From assembly GCA_001244265.2 (NCBI GenBank), contig CDLV01000012.1:806001-870000 (forward strand): a DNA stretch of 64,000 bases, given 5' to 3'. Numbering within the stretch: the stretch's first letter is position 1; the number at the start of each line of letters is the position of its first letter. The DNA is from Microbotryum violaceum (Eukaryota). This document shows, one piece after another, positions 1-13,401 of this stretch. Below the pieces are notes generated by a model. That model was given only the letters and a program-made list of their open reading frames with translations, was not told where the DNA came from and did not search any database. The translations under genes and the position numbers were made by a program.

Positions 1-602
1 CCATCGCTGCCGCTAGCACCAAGAAGGCACAAACGAACAAAAAAGGGAAGCGAACTCGCCGCGACGATTCCGAGGACGAAGCCCAACCCATCGGACACGG
101 CGATGACGACTTTGATTCCGACATGGAGGTCGACTCGGCAGAACTCGCCAACCCGGCTCTTCGCCCCCTCCCACCCCCACCTACGACGTCGGGGACGGTG
201 CTCGTTACGCTCCGAACGGTCTCACCGTATTCGCTTTGGTCGGTACAACACCTCGGCACGCGAGGATCACTCTTAGCGCCGTCGATCTTGCCGAAACCGT
301 TGCCCAAGACGCCCCAGCCTGATTATCTGCTCGTGAGGTCGTTCGAGTTTGACCCCAATGATTGGCAAGGGTACGAGCATCGAAGGACGGTCGGATTCAA
401 GGAGGGCGTCAGTTCGGAAAAAAACGACGACTTGCAATTGACAGCGAGGGAGAGGGGCGAGAAGAGGAGGTGGGAGAAGGAACAGCAAGAGCGGAGGGAG
501 AAGGAGGAGAGGGATGCGAATGCCGGGATCCGGAAAGGGGGCAAGGCGCTGATGAGGACGTGGGAGTTTGAGCTCAAAGACGTCGATGGGCTCTACGACT
601 AA
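1..602 (+). CDS. 3' end of an uncharacterised protein (runs off the window start)
   Basis: Frame is open from the window start (IAAASTKKAQ...DDSEDEA) through ORF 123-602, ending in TAA and followed by AT-richer 3' sequence. No family recognised. Confidence 0.6.
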   Translation, partial: IAAASTKKAQTNKKGKRTRRDDSEDEAQPIGHGDDDFDSDMEVDSAELANPALRPLPPPPTTSGTVLVTLRTVSPYSLWSVQHLGTRGSLLAPSILPKPLPKTPQPDYLLVRSFEFDPNDWQGYEHRRTVGFKEGVSSEKNDDLQLTARERGEKRRWEKEQQERREKEERDANAGIRKGGKALMRTWEFELKDVDGLYD

Positions 603-804
603 ACCACAGGCTTTCGATGTTGGCAGGGTTGCAATGTTCCTGAAATGCACTTCCTTGTTGCAAGTCTAATACAACATTTATGACCGGCCTAGTACAGATG
701 GCGAAGTCTGAAGGTATAAACAACAAGAACGGGTTTAACAAACAGAGGCAGAAAGACAGAGACAGGGACAGGGGCAGGGGGAGATAATATGCGATGCACT
801 CTTT

Positions 805-3800
805 TCAAGTTTCGAGGGAATCCAACATCCTGAGTACTTCACGCGCCGTCGGTCGATTCTTCTCCTTGGGGCTCGTCATGGACTTGAGAAGCATCCTGAT
901 TTCGAGCGGGACCAAGTCGTGGCCGTTGAGAAAGTATTGATGCGGCGTGCCATCAACATAAGTCGTCGGTCCAGAGAACGCCATAGTCGGGTTATCGTCC
1001 TCATCTTCGTCCTCGGACGACTCGAAGGCGCCATGACTCGCCTTCGAGGAAAGGTTTTGCAAGTCATCATCGTCGTCCGAGGAGGGGGAACGGGGCGGCA
1101 GGGCGAACAGGTTGGAGGGGTGGCTTCTGGGAAGAGCTGATGGAGAGGCCGACGGCGAAGGCGAAGCCAGCACACTCAGACTAGCCGGGGAATCGTGAAC
1201 AGAAGCGGAGGCGCCCCCGCTCGGGGAGAGAAGCTTCTTCGCCAGTACCGCCAGACCCCAGCTGTTCCTGCCGGACGTACTCGCCATGCTGTGAACGCTA
1301 CGTTCGCTTTCGATCGAAGCGCTACGTCGGAGGCTCGAAGTCGATCGACCAGACGACAAGTACGACACACAACCGCCGCTCGAGCTGAGCAAGCTCAGGT
1401 TCGTCCCGCTGTCGGCTCGACTGTGGGTCCCGCTACGGATGCTGCGGATTGAGCTGCGCCGCGAGACACTCGCACTGCCCGTATCGTTGCCACGCTCGCG
1501 ACGCCGTTGCTCCCACTCCCAATAACCGCCACGCCCGACCCACAGCATCCTCTCGACCGTGCGCATGTTGGCAAAAGGTTCAATACCCGTGGTGAGGACG
1601 CTGAGGGTCACGCCGAGCGAAAAGATGTCGGCGGAGTGACCAAAAGGGGATGGTGCGGGGCGCACGAATTCTGGCGGTGCGTATGGCGGCGTTCCGAGGC
1701 CCAGAGGGTCGGTAGGAGCTGGGTGAGGTGACGTCGCGGAGGGCAAGAACATTGACATTCCGAAATCGGCAAGTCGGATCGAAAGATCTGAAGCGACCTG
1801 TGGGCACGCCAGCACACGGCTCGTCAGATCAATAGTAACGCAGGGGCTCACCGCCAGCAGCGCTGCGAACTCACGAGCACATTTTGTGGCTTGATATCGG
1901 CATGCAATACCCCACGCTCATGGGTCCACGCCACAGCTGCGACCAGTTCGGTGGCCCAGGCGAGCCATCGACGTTTGCTCATGCGTTCGGGGAATGCTTT
2001 GGCAAAGCCGAGCACATGCCCGAAGGGGCAGTACTCGAGTAGCAACATGATGCGAGACGTCGGTGGTCGAGTTGGGCCGGGGCCTTCGGATGACATCAAG
2101 GTTAAGGCAGTCCCTTGCGTCAGATTAGAAGCATCCGATACAATGCGGTCGACCCCTTCCGATGTGCGCGTACGCTGCCTAGGTTCGGCAGCGGAAGGGG
2201 AAGCGTCACCAACGACAACGATTGGATCAGGCGACGCTGTCGAAGGTCGTGGTGCGGGTGGCTCTGATTGACGAAGATCCTTGGACTTGGTGTGTATATC
2301 CGAGGCTCCCTGATCATCAACGGTCAAGCTCGCGTAAAGCTCGGGCATGTGGTCCAGGACTGGCGAACCTAATGGAGGTGAAAGACTAGGCCCAGTAAAC
2401 GAGGATTGCCGATGTAGCGATTGTTTCCTTCGGCGTGGCAAAGTCAAGATGGGTATAGGAACTGCCTCCGATGAACTGCGGGGTATCAAGTCGGAGTGCG
2501 TCGACTGCATGCTCGGGGCTCGACCCAGACCGATCGATACCGCCGATGATGGGGACGAGTCTTCGTACCACTTGCGCCTCCTCGCTCCGGCGTTCACCGC
2601 CGATCTATCCTCATCGACCAGCTCCACGCCGTCACGTTCATCACGGACCCCGAACAGCTTGAGCACATGCGCACTCCCTCTCGCAGCGATCGACTGCGGT
2701 GGGATTGGCGTCGTCGTCGGCGGCACCAGTTTGGACAGAATGAATGCCTCGCCGAGCCCGGCGATCTGTGACTCGCGATCTGGAAATATACGCTTGACGG
2801 CGCACAGCGTCCAGTGATGCTCGTCATGCTGAGTGACCTCTCTTGGGATGAAACTGCCTAGGAAGACGTTCGCGTGTCGGCCCTCGCCGAGGGACTGGTC
2901 GCGGAAGGGGGCCATTCGCACGCGAGGCGCCTGGCGCGAGTCGAGCACGGGGTTGTCGCTGATCCCTGGTCCTGGGCCGGCGATGTTGCTCTGCTGTGGG
3001 TTCGAGTTCGAAGGTGCAAGCTGGGCCAGTGAGCGCCAGGCCGGTGGTGTGAGTGGCGAAGGTACTGTTCGGGCGCCGGGCGTCTTGGTGCTTCCGATGT
3101 CGAGCAAAGGTGAAGCGGCGCGGTCACCTGACGAGGTCGAGGCAGAGCGAAAGTGGTTCATCTGGCCGATGCGCAAGTCGTTCAACTCCGATTCTGCGCG
3201 ATCAATGTCGTACATCGCAAAGAATTCGCTGTCACGGGGCGGACTTGTTGGGGTCGCCAGTGATGAGGACGAGTGCAGAGGCCCCTGAAGGTGCGACGGT
3301 GCGTTGATGAGGGCTGGACGCTGCAGATTGAGCTCGAGAGGAGGTGCACAATTGAGAATCATGGGCGCTGGTCTGATGAGGTCGCACGTGACGGGTGCGG
3401 TGCCGTTGCTCGTGCTCGTACTGTCGCTACCGATGGTGGTATTGGTGTGACTGCTGGCGTCCTGGGGGGTCGACTGGAGCAGCTTGAGCCCTCTCCTCCA
3501 TCCGCCATGCGGTGAGGACGACGACGCTGACGATGAGCCCGAGACGTTCGGTGCCGGTGCAGACGGCGATGGAGCGACTGCAGAGGCCGGTGGGGTGCCG
3601 CCTCGGCTGGCAACATGAGGCGTGACGTTGGACCAATCGAGGGCAAAGAGATCGTTTCGTGACTTTTTGGGCGTGGTCACGATCGGCAGCGGTTGCAGCA
3701 GGTCGGACGAGCCAGACAAGGTCGATGAGGTGCCCGGGCTCGTGACCGCACGCTGCTGCTGGTGGTGGTCGGCGGCAGCACGGCGCTGCTCCGAGGGCAA

Positions 3801-3896
3801 CTGATACGACGTTGAGCTCAGCGGAGGCGTTGCCCATGACAAGCGTCGGATCGAGCTGTCCGGTGGTGGCGTATCCGAGGCACGAGTCGACCACAT
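805..3896 (-). CDS. Ser/Thr protein kinase with long low-complexity N-terminus and inserts
   Basis: Motifs LGEGRHANVF, CAVKR, LLEYC, HADIKPQN, LADFG, GTPPYAPPE, DIFSLG and RPTA. A 77-nt intron at 1798-1874 (GTGAGT...CAG) joins ORFs 1848-3896 and 805-1851 in frame. Confidence 0.9.
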
Positions 3897-4802
3897 GGTG
3901 CTCGGCGTGGACGCTCGTCGGCGTCAACGTCGGCGTCGTCAAGAATCGAGAGAAAGAGAGGACACAGTCCAAGCGCGGGTCGATCTGGGACCGTCAGGCT
4001 TTCGCGGGGCCATTCAGTTCCTGATTTTGCAGAGCTAAACGTGAGGAAAACACTTGATATAACTAAGTTTCGGGCTCGCGGTATCAGGCTTGTCAAATTA
4101 TGTTTAAGCACTTTTGCACTCGCGCGTACGCCGCACAGACCTCCTCGACCGCTCGCCGCTCCAACTACAAGGACTGCTTACAACCTTCTAACCCGCGCGA
4201 TTCGCTGTCTCCTGTCCCGACTCGCATCCGACGTCGACGGCCCCAACAAACGCGGGCGGTACATCATCCCATCTGCCTAGCGCCTACAGCGCCCGGAAGG
4301 GGCACATTGCGATTGAATACCAAATTCCTCCTTCTTGTGACGAGTCGGCACCACCATGTCTTTCAAGCATCATGATTTGATATCGGTCCTCAAAGAAGCC
4401 AAACCTGAGGGTCCGGTTGCGAGCGTCTCGATCCTCATTGTTCAGTCAAATACACGTACTTTCTGAATCCCGTCTGGGCCTCTTCTATTTTGGAGTTTCG
4501 ACCTGAGCCGGGAAATCGAAGCGAAGGCGATGCCGAATTGCGAGTCGAGGTCAATTTTCAACATGAACTCGATTGCCCCTGAAATTCGCAGAACGCGCGG
4601 CCGCCGCGATGGCTCCGAGAACGTAACATTGGATCGTTTGACTGCCCAAGAACTGAACTGAAGAGACACTCCCGAAACTGTTGACCCAGAGATCAGGAAA
4701 CCGACGTAGGCCTTGAAAGAGGGCATGGAGGGAGAAAGAAGATATGAATATCACAACAAACGGAAAGTCGCACCGCACCAATGCACCCAACAAAGAAAAC
4801 CT

Positions 4803-7800
4803 TCACTCGTCTTCATCATTATCCTCGTTCGCCTTCGTCTTTTTCCTCTTGGTCTTTGAAGCTGCTTCACTTGCACCATCACCCTTGGCCCACAGCCCCT
4901 TCTCCGTCAACGCCGCGATTGCCCTATCCCACAGGACCGGCTTCGTACCGCTCGTAGATTCGCCCATCAGCTTGAGGCCGTCCTTGAGATCCGCAACAAG
5001 CACTTTATTTTGCAATCGAGCCATTTTTTCAGCAAATTCTTGTATCTCTTCGGCGCTTCCGGTTGCCTCGGGTGTATGCGCTCGTTTCTTGTTCGACGTT
5101 CGAACCAGTGCGGGATCGAGCTCATCTTCCGCTATCAGGCTCTTGAGTTGCGTGATCTTTTCGCCGGCTCGCTGGAACAGAATGGAAAGAATCGGTAGGA
5201 TCAGACACTGGGGAATGGTGGCGATGATGTGGCCGGGGGTCCAAAAGGACTTACGTCGCGAATGGTCCCATAAGCTGGGATAGTCTTGTCGATAGGATCG
5301 GGCAGCTCGTCATCCAACGCCGTCGCAGCCAACGTCTCCTGAAAGAAATTGATGGCTGATGGGTCCACAATGTCCTTGAATCAGTCTCGAAACGGGCGAG
5401 AAAATTCCCCAATTCACGGACTTGGATAAGAGCAACCCAGAAAATGCGTGCTAACCTGGATTGGGGTAACTGTTGGGATCGTAAACGCGCGTCAATTTCT
5501 TCACGATCGCCGTCGCCAGGGCAATCTCGGGCTGTTCGGGTTCGTCGTGGCCTTCGACTATGATGATGCATGGCAATACGAAGAGTCTCCTAGTTCAGTT
5601 CCTACCTAGACAGAAGTCCTGTGCGCGCTACCCCTCCACTCACCAAAGGGTTTTTTGATCGATGGCGTCGAGTCGAGACGATGCTTGCGCAAATCATCGG
5701 CAAAAGGCAGCTGGTAGATGTTGATGCCGGCAGGCCGCTCGACGACACCCGTCTTTTGGTTCAACACCTCATTCTGCGCGTCGAGAATGACGATCTGGGG
5801 TCGGCCACTGATGCGAATGAGAAGCGATGCGTACGCGATCACACCCTTTTTGATCATGGACTCCATCAGTGCGACGAAAGTGCGCGTACTGCCGCTGTAG
5901 GCATCCTCGTCGGGGCGAATGAAGTAGCCGTGCTTGATCGTTTCTTCGTATTTGAGGAATTCGCTACGAGAGACAAAGCCCAGCAAGCTCATCGAAGGCG
6001 AGAGACCGAGCGTCTGCGGTGTCATGAGTTGGTACGAGGAGGGTCAGTCGTTTGGTCCGCCGCCTCGCCACAAAAACGCGTGCGTACCTTAACTTTGCGA
6101 ATCTCTGCTTCGGTGAAGAAGATTTGCGCTGAACGCGATCCTTTATCAGGGTCGGCTTTGCCAATCTCAAAATATTTGCGGATGTCGGTCTTGACGTTGA
6201 GATTGTCAGAGGTCTAAAAGCAAAAAGAAGAGAAAAGCCGTCAGTAAATTCTACAGATTGAGAGCAACGGCACTTCTGAACCTACCGCGTCTTTGTAAAA
6301 GATCTTGTGGACGACCGCGTCGGCGTGGCTCGTGTTGAGATCGACCTTGGTCGGGAGGCGAAGCCGTTCCACGCCAACCAGAGCGTAGCTGGTTGAGAGC
6401 GGAGTATCTTCCGTCAACAATCACATAAATGGCTGAAAAGAACACTCTTTTCGACCGACCCTTTGATCCCAATTGTCGTCCCTTCGGCGAGCGTGAACGG
6501 AATTTGGAATTGGACGCGCTTCATCGCCTCCTTCGTTCTTAGATTGTCAACCATCTCCGAAAGGGTCTGCACGATATCGTGGTGCACGAGCGGCCACGGG
6601 ATCGGTATGTCGTTGACATCCGCAACCTCGTCATCATCGTCTTCGTTGTTGTTGTTGTCCTCCTTGGCCATCGTGATAAATTTCTGGAGAAGCTTCCGGT
6701 CAGGTAAGCGCACAGCTCGCACATCAGCCCATAGCAAGTTGTTCAGCGACACGCACGCCATAAAAGTTCTCGAGGTCAAACTCGTGATCAGGTGGGGAGA
6801 AGAAAAACGGCTCGATCTTGTGATCCATGTCCGCGAGATCCTGGAGGGGGCAATTGCCTTGCAACAGGGTGAGCCTTGGTGCAGGACACTGCCTCATCAT
6901 AGTTGGCTCGGACGTACATTGCGTCTCTCGTTGGCGGCGTTGCGTAGCTTTGACCTCGGAGGGTAAGGTTCATCGTTGTCGGTGATGAGGATGATCTTTT
7001 TATTGATTCGAGGGCTCGAGGCACTGGTTCCGTCGGGAAGGTCAGCGATCCAAATGTGCAGATACGGCCAAATCGCCGTAACTCACTTTCGTCGAAAGAG
7101 ATCGGTGCAGCCCTGAATCGCTTCCGTCAACGCATTGACCCCCGTGTTGACCTCATACATTTGACTCAGCAATCCAGGATCGTCCTCGATGTCTTGATGC
7201 GTGTGCAAAAAGTGCCCGACGAGTAAGTTCCCGGAGCACTGACCACCCCATCGCGGGCAGGAGACAGAGGAAGCCTCGACTGACCGGCGAGCAGATCCTT
7301 GAACTTGACGAGACTCTCGGCCGTCACCAAAGCGAGATCCTGTACGATTTGGCAGTGCTTTTTTGCGCCGTTACCGCCCTTGACGCCTTCGGTCTTGGCC
7401 TGCAGATAGGGCCATTTTGTTTCGGGACAAAGTCAGCTCCAAGTATCTCTCGACCAGGTGCACACAGCCACGCTGCATGAGAGGTAAAGACGCAACCGTA
7501 TTGAAGATCATGATACCAATACAATCCCTGGGTGCGGACTGAGCCTTGCGACGCATCATCGCGTATGCCGAGCGGAGGCAGGCTTGGAGCTTGGTCGTCG
7601 CATCGGGCTTGTCCTTCCAGCCCAACTTCTCGCGCGTTTGGGTCGATGGCGGAGGTTGATCCGTCGAAGCAGGGACCAAAGGTTCGAGCATGGAGCTCGT
7701 GGCTTCGATGAGGAACAGCGTCGCGTCACTCGAATGGTAGATCTGTTCGTTGGGCCATTCCAAGGGGTGGTGCGCGGGAGAGGCGGACACGCGACATGGA

Positions 7801-7944
7801 GGGGTGCATGGGAGGCGGAGAGAAATGAGTTCCGTTACAGGCGATTTGTTACTCGTATCGCATACTCACCTCTTCTTGCACGTCCTCATCCTCCTCCTCG
7901 GAGGCATGGCCATCGTCTGTGGGCCGGGTCACGTGCGATGCCAT
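4803..7944 (-). CDS. KU70: Ku70 (ATP-dependent DNA helicase II 70 kDa subunit), multi-exon
   Basis: vWA N-terminus (DATLFLIEAT, DCIGIMIFNT), beta-barrel core (YFIRPDEDAYSGSTRTF, YQLPFADDLR) and C-terminal SAP domain (VADLKDGLK...GTKPVLWDR). Likely ATG at 7944 (MASHVT...EEEDED) followed by a GTGAGT donor. Confidence 0.9.
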
Positions 7945-8945
7945 CAACGCGTCAACGCCACGATCAGCGTCGGGAAGGCGTCCACGAGGTGCATGGACCG
8001 AATAGTCACATATTTGAAAGCTCACTCCATCCGTATGCCATGTCGAATGCGTTATTGCCGTATGGTCTGTAAGGGAGGACACACGCACGATCCCACACTC
8101 GTGTACGAGGCCAACCTGCGCCGCGCTTCTCGCAACTCTCGCCAGCAGGCGGCGGCGCGATGTCAATTGCTGCTCGGTACTAGCTCGGCATTCGCTTAGC
8201 ACTCAAGCTCAATTTTCACGTAAGTAACAATGCAAAGTCATTGGTGACTGCTCGTCTGAGCAACTCGCTTCTGTCCATCCTGTAGCGTAGCAGATCGCGA
8301 ATAGTATTGTTTCTTCTCTCTCCCTTTACAAACAGATACAACCGTGACTGCTCGCACGTGGCCGACCAGCTGTGCTCGCGGTGTCAAAAAAAAGACCGTG
8401 ACCGACACCCGTTTTTGCGCCTGCGCCGTGGGTGCAGGCGTGCACCGCCCTAGACCGCCCTGCGCCCTCCTTCGCCACGAGTTGGCCTTGCGAGCTGTGC
8501 GAGCGCGGCGGCGCGTCCCCCAGCAGCCCCCCAGCCAGTCGCTGCAAGTCTCTGCAGCTCGTTTCCCCCGAGCCCGTCACTTTATGCACCGAGTCGCCTC
8601 CCCGCTTTGCCTCGAGTCCTCCCTAGCGAACCTACTTGCCGAGCCACTGTTTCTTTCGACGCTCGTTCCCTAGTAGTCTTGGTTCGGTTGTACTGCGCTA
8701 TCCTCCTTTGCTCCATCCTCCACCTCCGACTCGACTCTTTCGGACACGCCGCTATAGTCCGTCGCCCGTCGCCCGTCGCCCGTCGTTGTCTCACCCTCTG
8801 CTCAGCCTCCCTGCTCCTTTGTCCCTTCGCGGCCTAGCTGGCCGGATTTCGTCTGGCGTGGCCCAACCAACGTGTACCAGACAAACGAATAAACAAGGCT
8901 GACCACGACTGAAACGCCCCCACCCACCCCGACCCCACCACTACG

Positions 8946-10403
8946 ATGAGCCCCATCTCGTCGCTCAAGAATGAGGCGAGCGAGGCCAAGGAGGCGTCCA
9001 AGGAGGTTTGGAACTTTATGCGCACGCACAACTGGAAGAAGTCAGCCCGCAACTCGTTTCGGATGAAGTACTTTTGGTACTGGTTCGTCGGCATCATTCT
9101 CGTAGCCTTCGCCGTCGTCGTCGCCATCTACCGCGATCCCATCGTCAGTGTGAGTTGATCGCAACAGGCCCCAGGATGTTGGCTGGCTCGTCGCGTCGCG
9201 CTCGGCCTGGGCTCAAGCTGTGTGTCGATTGGCGAGGCTCCGAGGCCACGTCAGGGCCACGAATAGGCTGGGACGACAAGATCTCGGTGACTGACACTTG
9301 TTGAATGCTCTCAACAGTGGTTTGAGCCGAGAAAACACAACATCGTCAACCTCCCGGCGAGCTGGGCCATCCCCGTCGCCATGCTCGTCGTCCTGTCGTT
9401 CCCACCGCTGGGAGGGCACGAAGTCGTACTCCTGGTCGTCGGACTCATTTGGGGCATCTGGATCGGGTTTGCGATCGCATGCGCCGGCACCTTCATCGGC
9501 GAGCTGGCCTGTTTCTTTGCGTTCAAATACTTCTTCACCGAAAAGGCGCGCAAGGTGGAACACAAGTCCATCTTCTACGCCTGCCTCGCTCGGCTCATGC
9601 GCGACGGTGGGGTGTGGATCGTCGCCGTCGTGCGGTTCTCGGCGATTCCGGGCCACGTCGTGACCGCACTGCAGTCGACGGTCGGGATGCCCTTGTGGCG
9701 CTATTCGATCGCCGTCATCATCTCGCTGCCCAAGCAACTCGCGATCGTCTACCTCGGAGTCATGTTCGGCGAGACCAAGGACACCAGCAACCAGGCTTCG
9801 ATCGACAAGCAGCGGAGAATCTCGCTCGGCGTATTCTTCGGAACGGCGATCGCGACCGTGCTCGCGCTCTACATCGTCTACATGCGCGCACGGAAATTGT
9901 ATCCGGTCGTGATGGCCGAGGCCGAGGAACGCAGGGCGCTCGCCGCCGCCGAACTGGGAGAGAACCCTCCGCGGTCGCACCCACACGATCCCACCCTCAT
10001 AGGTGCGGCATGGGATGGCGAATCGATATCGTCCGATCTGGATCTGGGCAAGGACCGAGTGTTCAGTGCCGGTCCGCACAGCTACGTGCTGCCCGCGCGA
10101 GGGCGGCCGGTCAACTTTGATGGTCCGCACCAGCCTACGGGCCCGATAGGGTACGGGCAATCCCCGTATGCGCCGCCAGCCCGGATCCCGGCCGAGTGGA
10201 CCGACGTCGAAGCAAGAGAACGATGGGAGGCTGAAAACCAGCAGCAAGGGGGATACAACAACGGCCCGCCGCTGGCGCACTACGGCGCACCGCATCAGAT
10301 GGCTCGTGTTTCATCACCGCGGCTCAATTCGTACCCACCCAACTCGAACCCGAGCATGACAAGCTTTACACATCTACCGCTGCAAGGGTCAGACTACAAC
10401 TAA
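8946..10403 (+). CDS. TVP38: TVP38/TMEM64 (SNARE-associated, VTT/DedA domain) Golgi membrane protein
   Basis: SFPPLGGHE, GTFIGELACFFAFKY, VRFSAIPGHVVTA and SLPKQLAIVYLG motifs with several hydrophobic helices. One intron at about 9149-9317. Confidence 0.85.
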
Positions 10404-10890
10404 CTTTACCAACACCCGTACGCGCGGTGATAAGATATGCCTTCTGGAAGGCTGAAGCCTTGATTACCTCGATGTCGGTGGCCCCAGAGTTTGGTTCGAA
10501 ATTCTCTAAATAACCAGCAGGTTCTGCTCTTTTCTCTTTGTGTTGAACACCACTCATTCGTCCGTTGTATCCTCCTGTCCTTCGAGATATCCCTGCTACT
10601 GTCCGACGGCGAGGCCATTCGCTTTCGAGGTAGATCATTCCGAGTTTTGCTACCTACTAGTGCCGTCTTCTCGTCCCGTCGTATCTCGTACAGTGTATCC
10701 GTACCGTTCTCGACAAAGTGCAACCAACTATTTTGTTACAAACAGGACAACCCCCAACATAATATCTTTACATACAATATCCTTGTCCAAAATGCGCATT
10801 CTCTTCCCCAGGGTCCAGCCATCTCTCCCACAGTCCTGCACATCCTGGTTGTGAGAATGGCTCCGATGATGCTAAAACAATAACATACAG

Positions 10891-11430
10891 CTACGCTTCA
10901 CGGTCGGTCCGATGACGATGTTGGTCGTGTCGGCCCCCGGGTTCTCGAACAGGACCTGTCCCGACATCCCTATCGCGATGGGCGTGCTCGGGGTTATCCC
11001 CGACGGCGACCGCGACCGACGATCCACAAATGGCACCGACGATGGCCCAGATCGCGATCGCGTTCAGCAGCGCAAGCAGGAAGCGTCGACGTGCTCTTCG
11101 GTCCGCGATTTGCAGGGCCGAGGGTTGGGAATGTGATATGGGGAGTAACGGTTGGCGCGTTGATGTGGGCGACGGTATCGGAATGAGCACAGCTTGCCCC
11201 TGCGGTCCGGTGATGCCTGATGATCGACTGGAACCCGAGGCCGAGGCGACGGAGGATGCTTCTTCGTACGTGGGTGCTGGTTTTGGTGTTAGTGTGGCGA
11301 ACCGTCATCAGCGTGCATCGGGTACGGTCGGTGGCAACCTCGTGACTCATGACTCACGTGGGGGGATGAGGTCGGTGGTTGCGACGGACGAAGGTGGGCC
11401 CGAGGGTGGAGTATCCTTCTTGATCGTCAT
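10891..11430 (-). CDS. Small single-pass membrane protein with PPxY motif (152 aa)
   Basis: Exons 11430-11358 and 11276-10891 are joined by a GTGAGT...CTAAC...CAG intron and total 459 nt in frame. The junction reads PPPPTYEEA; TM segment FLLALLNAIAIWAIVGAIC. Confidence 0.65.
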
Positions 11431-11998
11431 GACTGTTTGGAAGCTTGAGTAGTGTAGGGTTGTGTGGTGTTTGACGCAACAGATGGTGTACCTTGGGTAT
11501 GACACGAAGAGCGACGGGTCCGTGCGGCGCCACAGCCAACTCGCACTTCCAGAATTCCAGAAGGCGCTCCCTGGCGCCCCCCTCCTGCGCCCCCCTGACT
11601 CGCACTTGCTCCCCCTTATTAAGCTTGTGTCTGTCTCACCTGCTGGCTCATGTCGCTGCGAAAGCGGCCGACGAGGACTTGTAGGACGATTGACCACCAA
11701 AGCAAAATTATTCGATCTTCTAATCTTGAACGACTGTATTTGAGCACATATTCCGACCACCTGCCCGCGGGTAGCACTAGTCGTGTAAGTTGATTGGTAG
11801 TCTGCACTCTGACCGAGCAACCGAGGGCGATTACGTGAGCCCGGCCCCAAGACGTCATCCGACCCTTCCGCCTTGCAAAACGAACCAACATTTCGGATAA
11901 ATTTGAGTGTCCCGTATCTTTATCTCTTTCATCTCCTCCGCCTCCTATTCCTTGCATCACCCCTTGTCTTCCCCTCTGCGATTAAACCCAATATCGCC

Positions 11999-13186
11999 AT
12001 GTCGGCCTCCACCTCCACCTCGTCGCTTTGGACGCCACTCAAAGTCGGGCCTATCACACTCAGTCATCGCATCGTGATGGCCCCCTTGACCCGCATTCGA
12101 GCTGACCAGGACCATGTCCCGCAACAAGTCGCGGCCGAGTACTATGAGCAACGCAGCAACACCCCGGGTACGCTCCTCATCTCGGAAGCGACCCTCATCA
12201 GCCCTCAGGCGGGCGGAATGGGCAACGCGCCCGGCATCTGGAGCGAGGCGCAGATCCAAGGATGGAAGAAGATTGTCGACGCCGTCCACAGCAAGGGTGG
12301 CTTCATCTTCCTCCAACTCTGGGCCCTCGGTCGTGCCGCCGGTGCCGACAACCTCAAGCAAGAGGGCGGCTTTGACGTCGTTTCGGCGTCGGACGTGGCC
12401 TTCGAAGGCGGCTACAAGCCCCGACCCCTGACCGAGAACGAGATCAAGCAGTACGTCGCCGACTATGCGACAGCTGCCAAGAACTTTGTCAAACGCGCAG
12501 GCGGAGATGGGGTCGAGAGTGAGTTTGCCTCCCTGGCTACGAGAAAATTTTGCACTTTGTCTTGATTTTAACCCGAGGGTTTTTCGTCAACAGTCCACAG
12601 CGCCAACGGCTACCTGATCCACCAATTCCTCGAAACCAACTCGAACAAGCGTACGGACCGATACGGTGGATCCGTCGAGAACCGAGCCCGTTTCGGTTTA
12701 GAGGTTGTTGACGCCGTCGCCAAGGCCGTCGGCGCCGACCGCACCGGTATCCGATTAAGCCCGTACACGACCTTCCAAGGCATGAAGATGCCCGAGCATC
12801 AAGACATCATCGACACATACACGTACTACGTCAAGCAGATCAAGGAGAGGCAACCTGAGCTCGCTTTCGTCCACGCCGTTGAATCGTGCATCGCCGGTAA
12901 CGTCACCGAGGATGCCGACGAGCGAGAGACGCTCGACTTTTTGTACGACATCTGGACCCCTTCGCCCTTCTTGGTCGCCGGTGGGTTCAAGCGCGAGGAC
13001 GCCGAGCCCGTCACCGCCGCTCGCAAGAACACGGCCATCGTCTACGGCCGCTCGTTCATCTCGAACCCGGATCTAGTCGAGCGAGTGCGCAAGAGCGTCA
13101 AGTTTACCGATTACGACCGCGCCACGTTCTACATCCCTGGACCCCAGAACACCAAGGGGTACACGGACTACCCCAAGGCCACCTAG
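11999..13186 (+). CDS. Old yellow enzyme (NADH:flavin oxidoreductase / ene-reductase)
   Basis: HRIVMAPLTR, LLISEAT, FIFLQLWALGR, DGVE|VHSANGYL across an intron at about 12519-12592, NKRTDRYGGSVENRARF, YGRSFISNPDL, GYTDYP. Confidence 0.95.
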
Positions 13187-13401
13187 AGGTTTCTTTAGGG
13201 TGCAATATTTGAGTCGTACTAGAGCTTCACAGTCCTAGAGTGTATCATTTTGTATAGAAATGGCAAGAGCATATATTGGACTCGCCACCGATGAAAGCTT
13301 GGTGTTGCCGAGTGGACTTTGGCTGTTGAACGTTTTCGATTGGTGCAACAAGATCTTTGCTATATTGGTACATTCTACAAATGGAATTCTATTATATAAT
13401 C

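Noticed and set aside
8759-8785. (CCGTCGC)x3-4 repeat; also poly-C at 54161-54177 and (GCT)n at about 56782
   Set aside because: Ordinary short simple repeats in UTR, intron or poly-Ala coding sequence.
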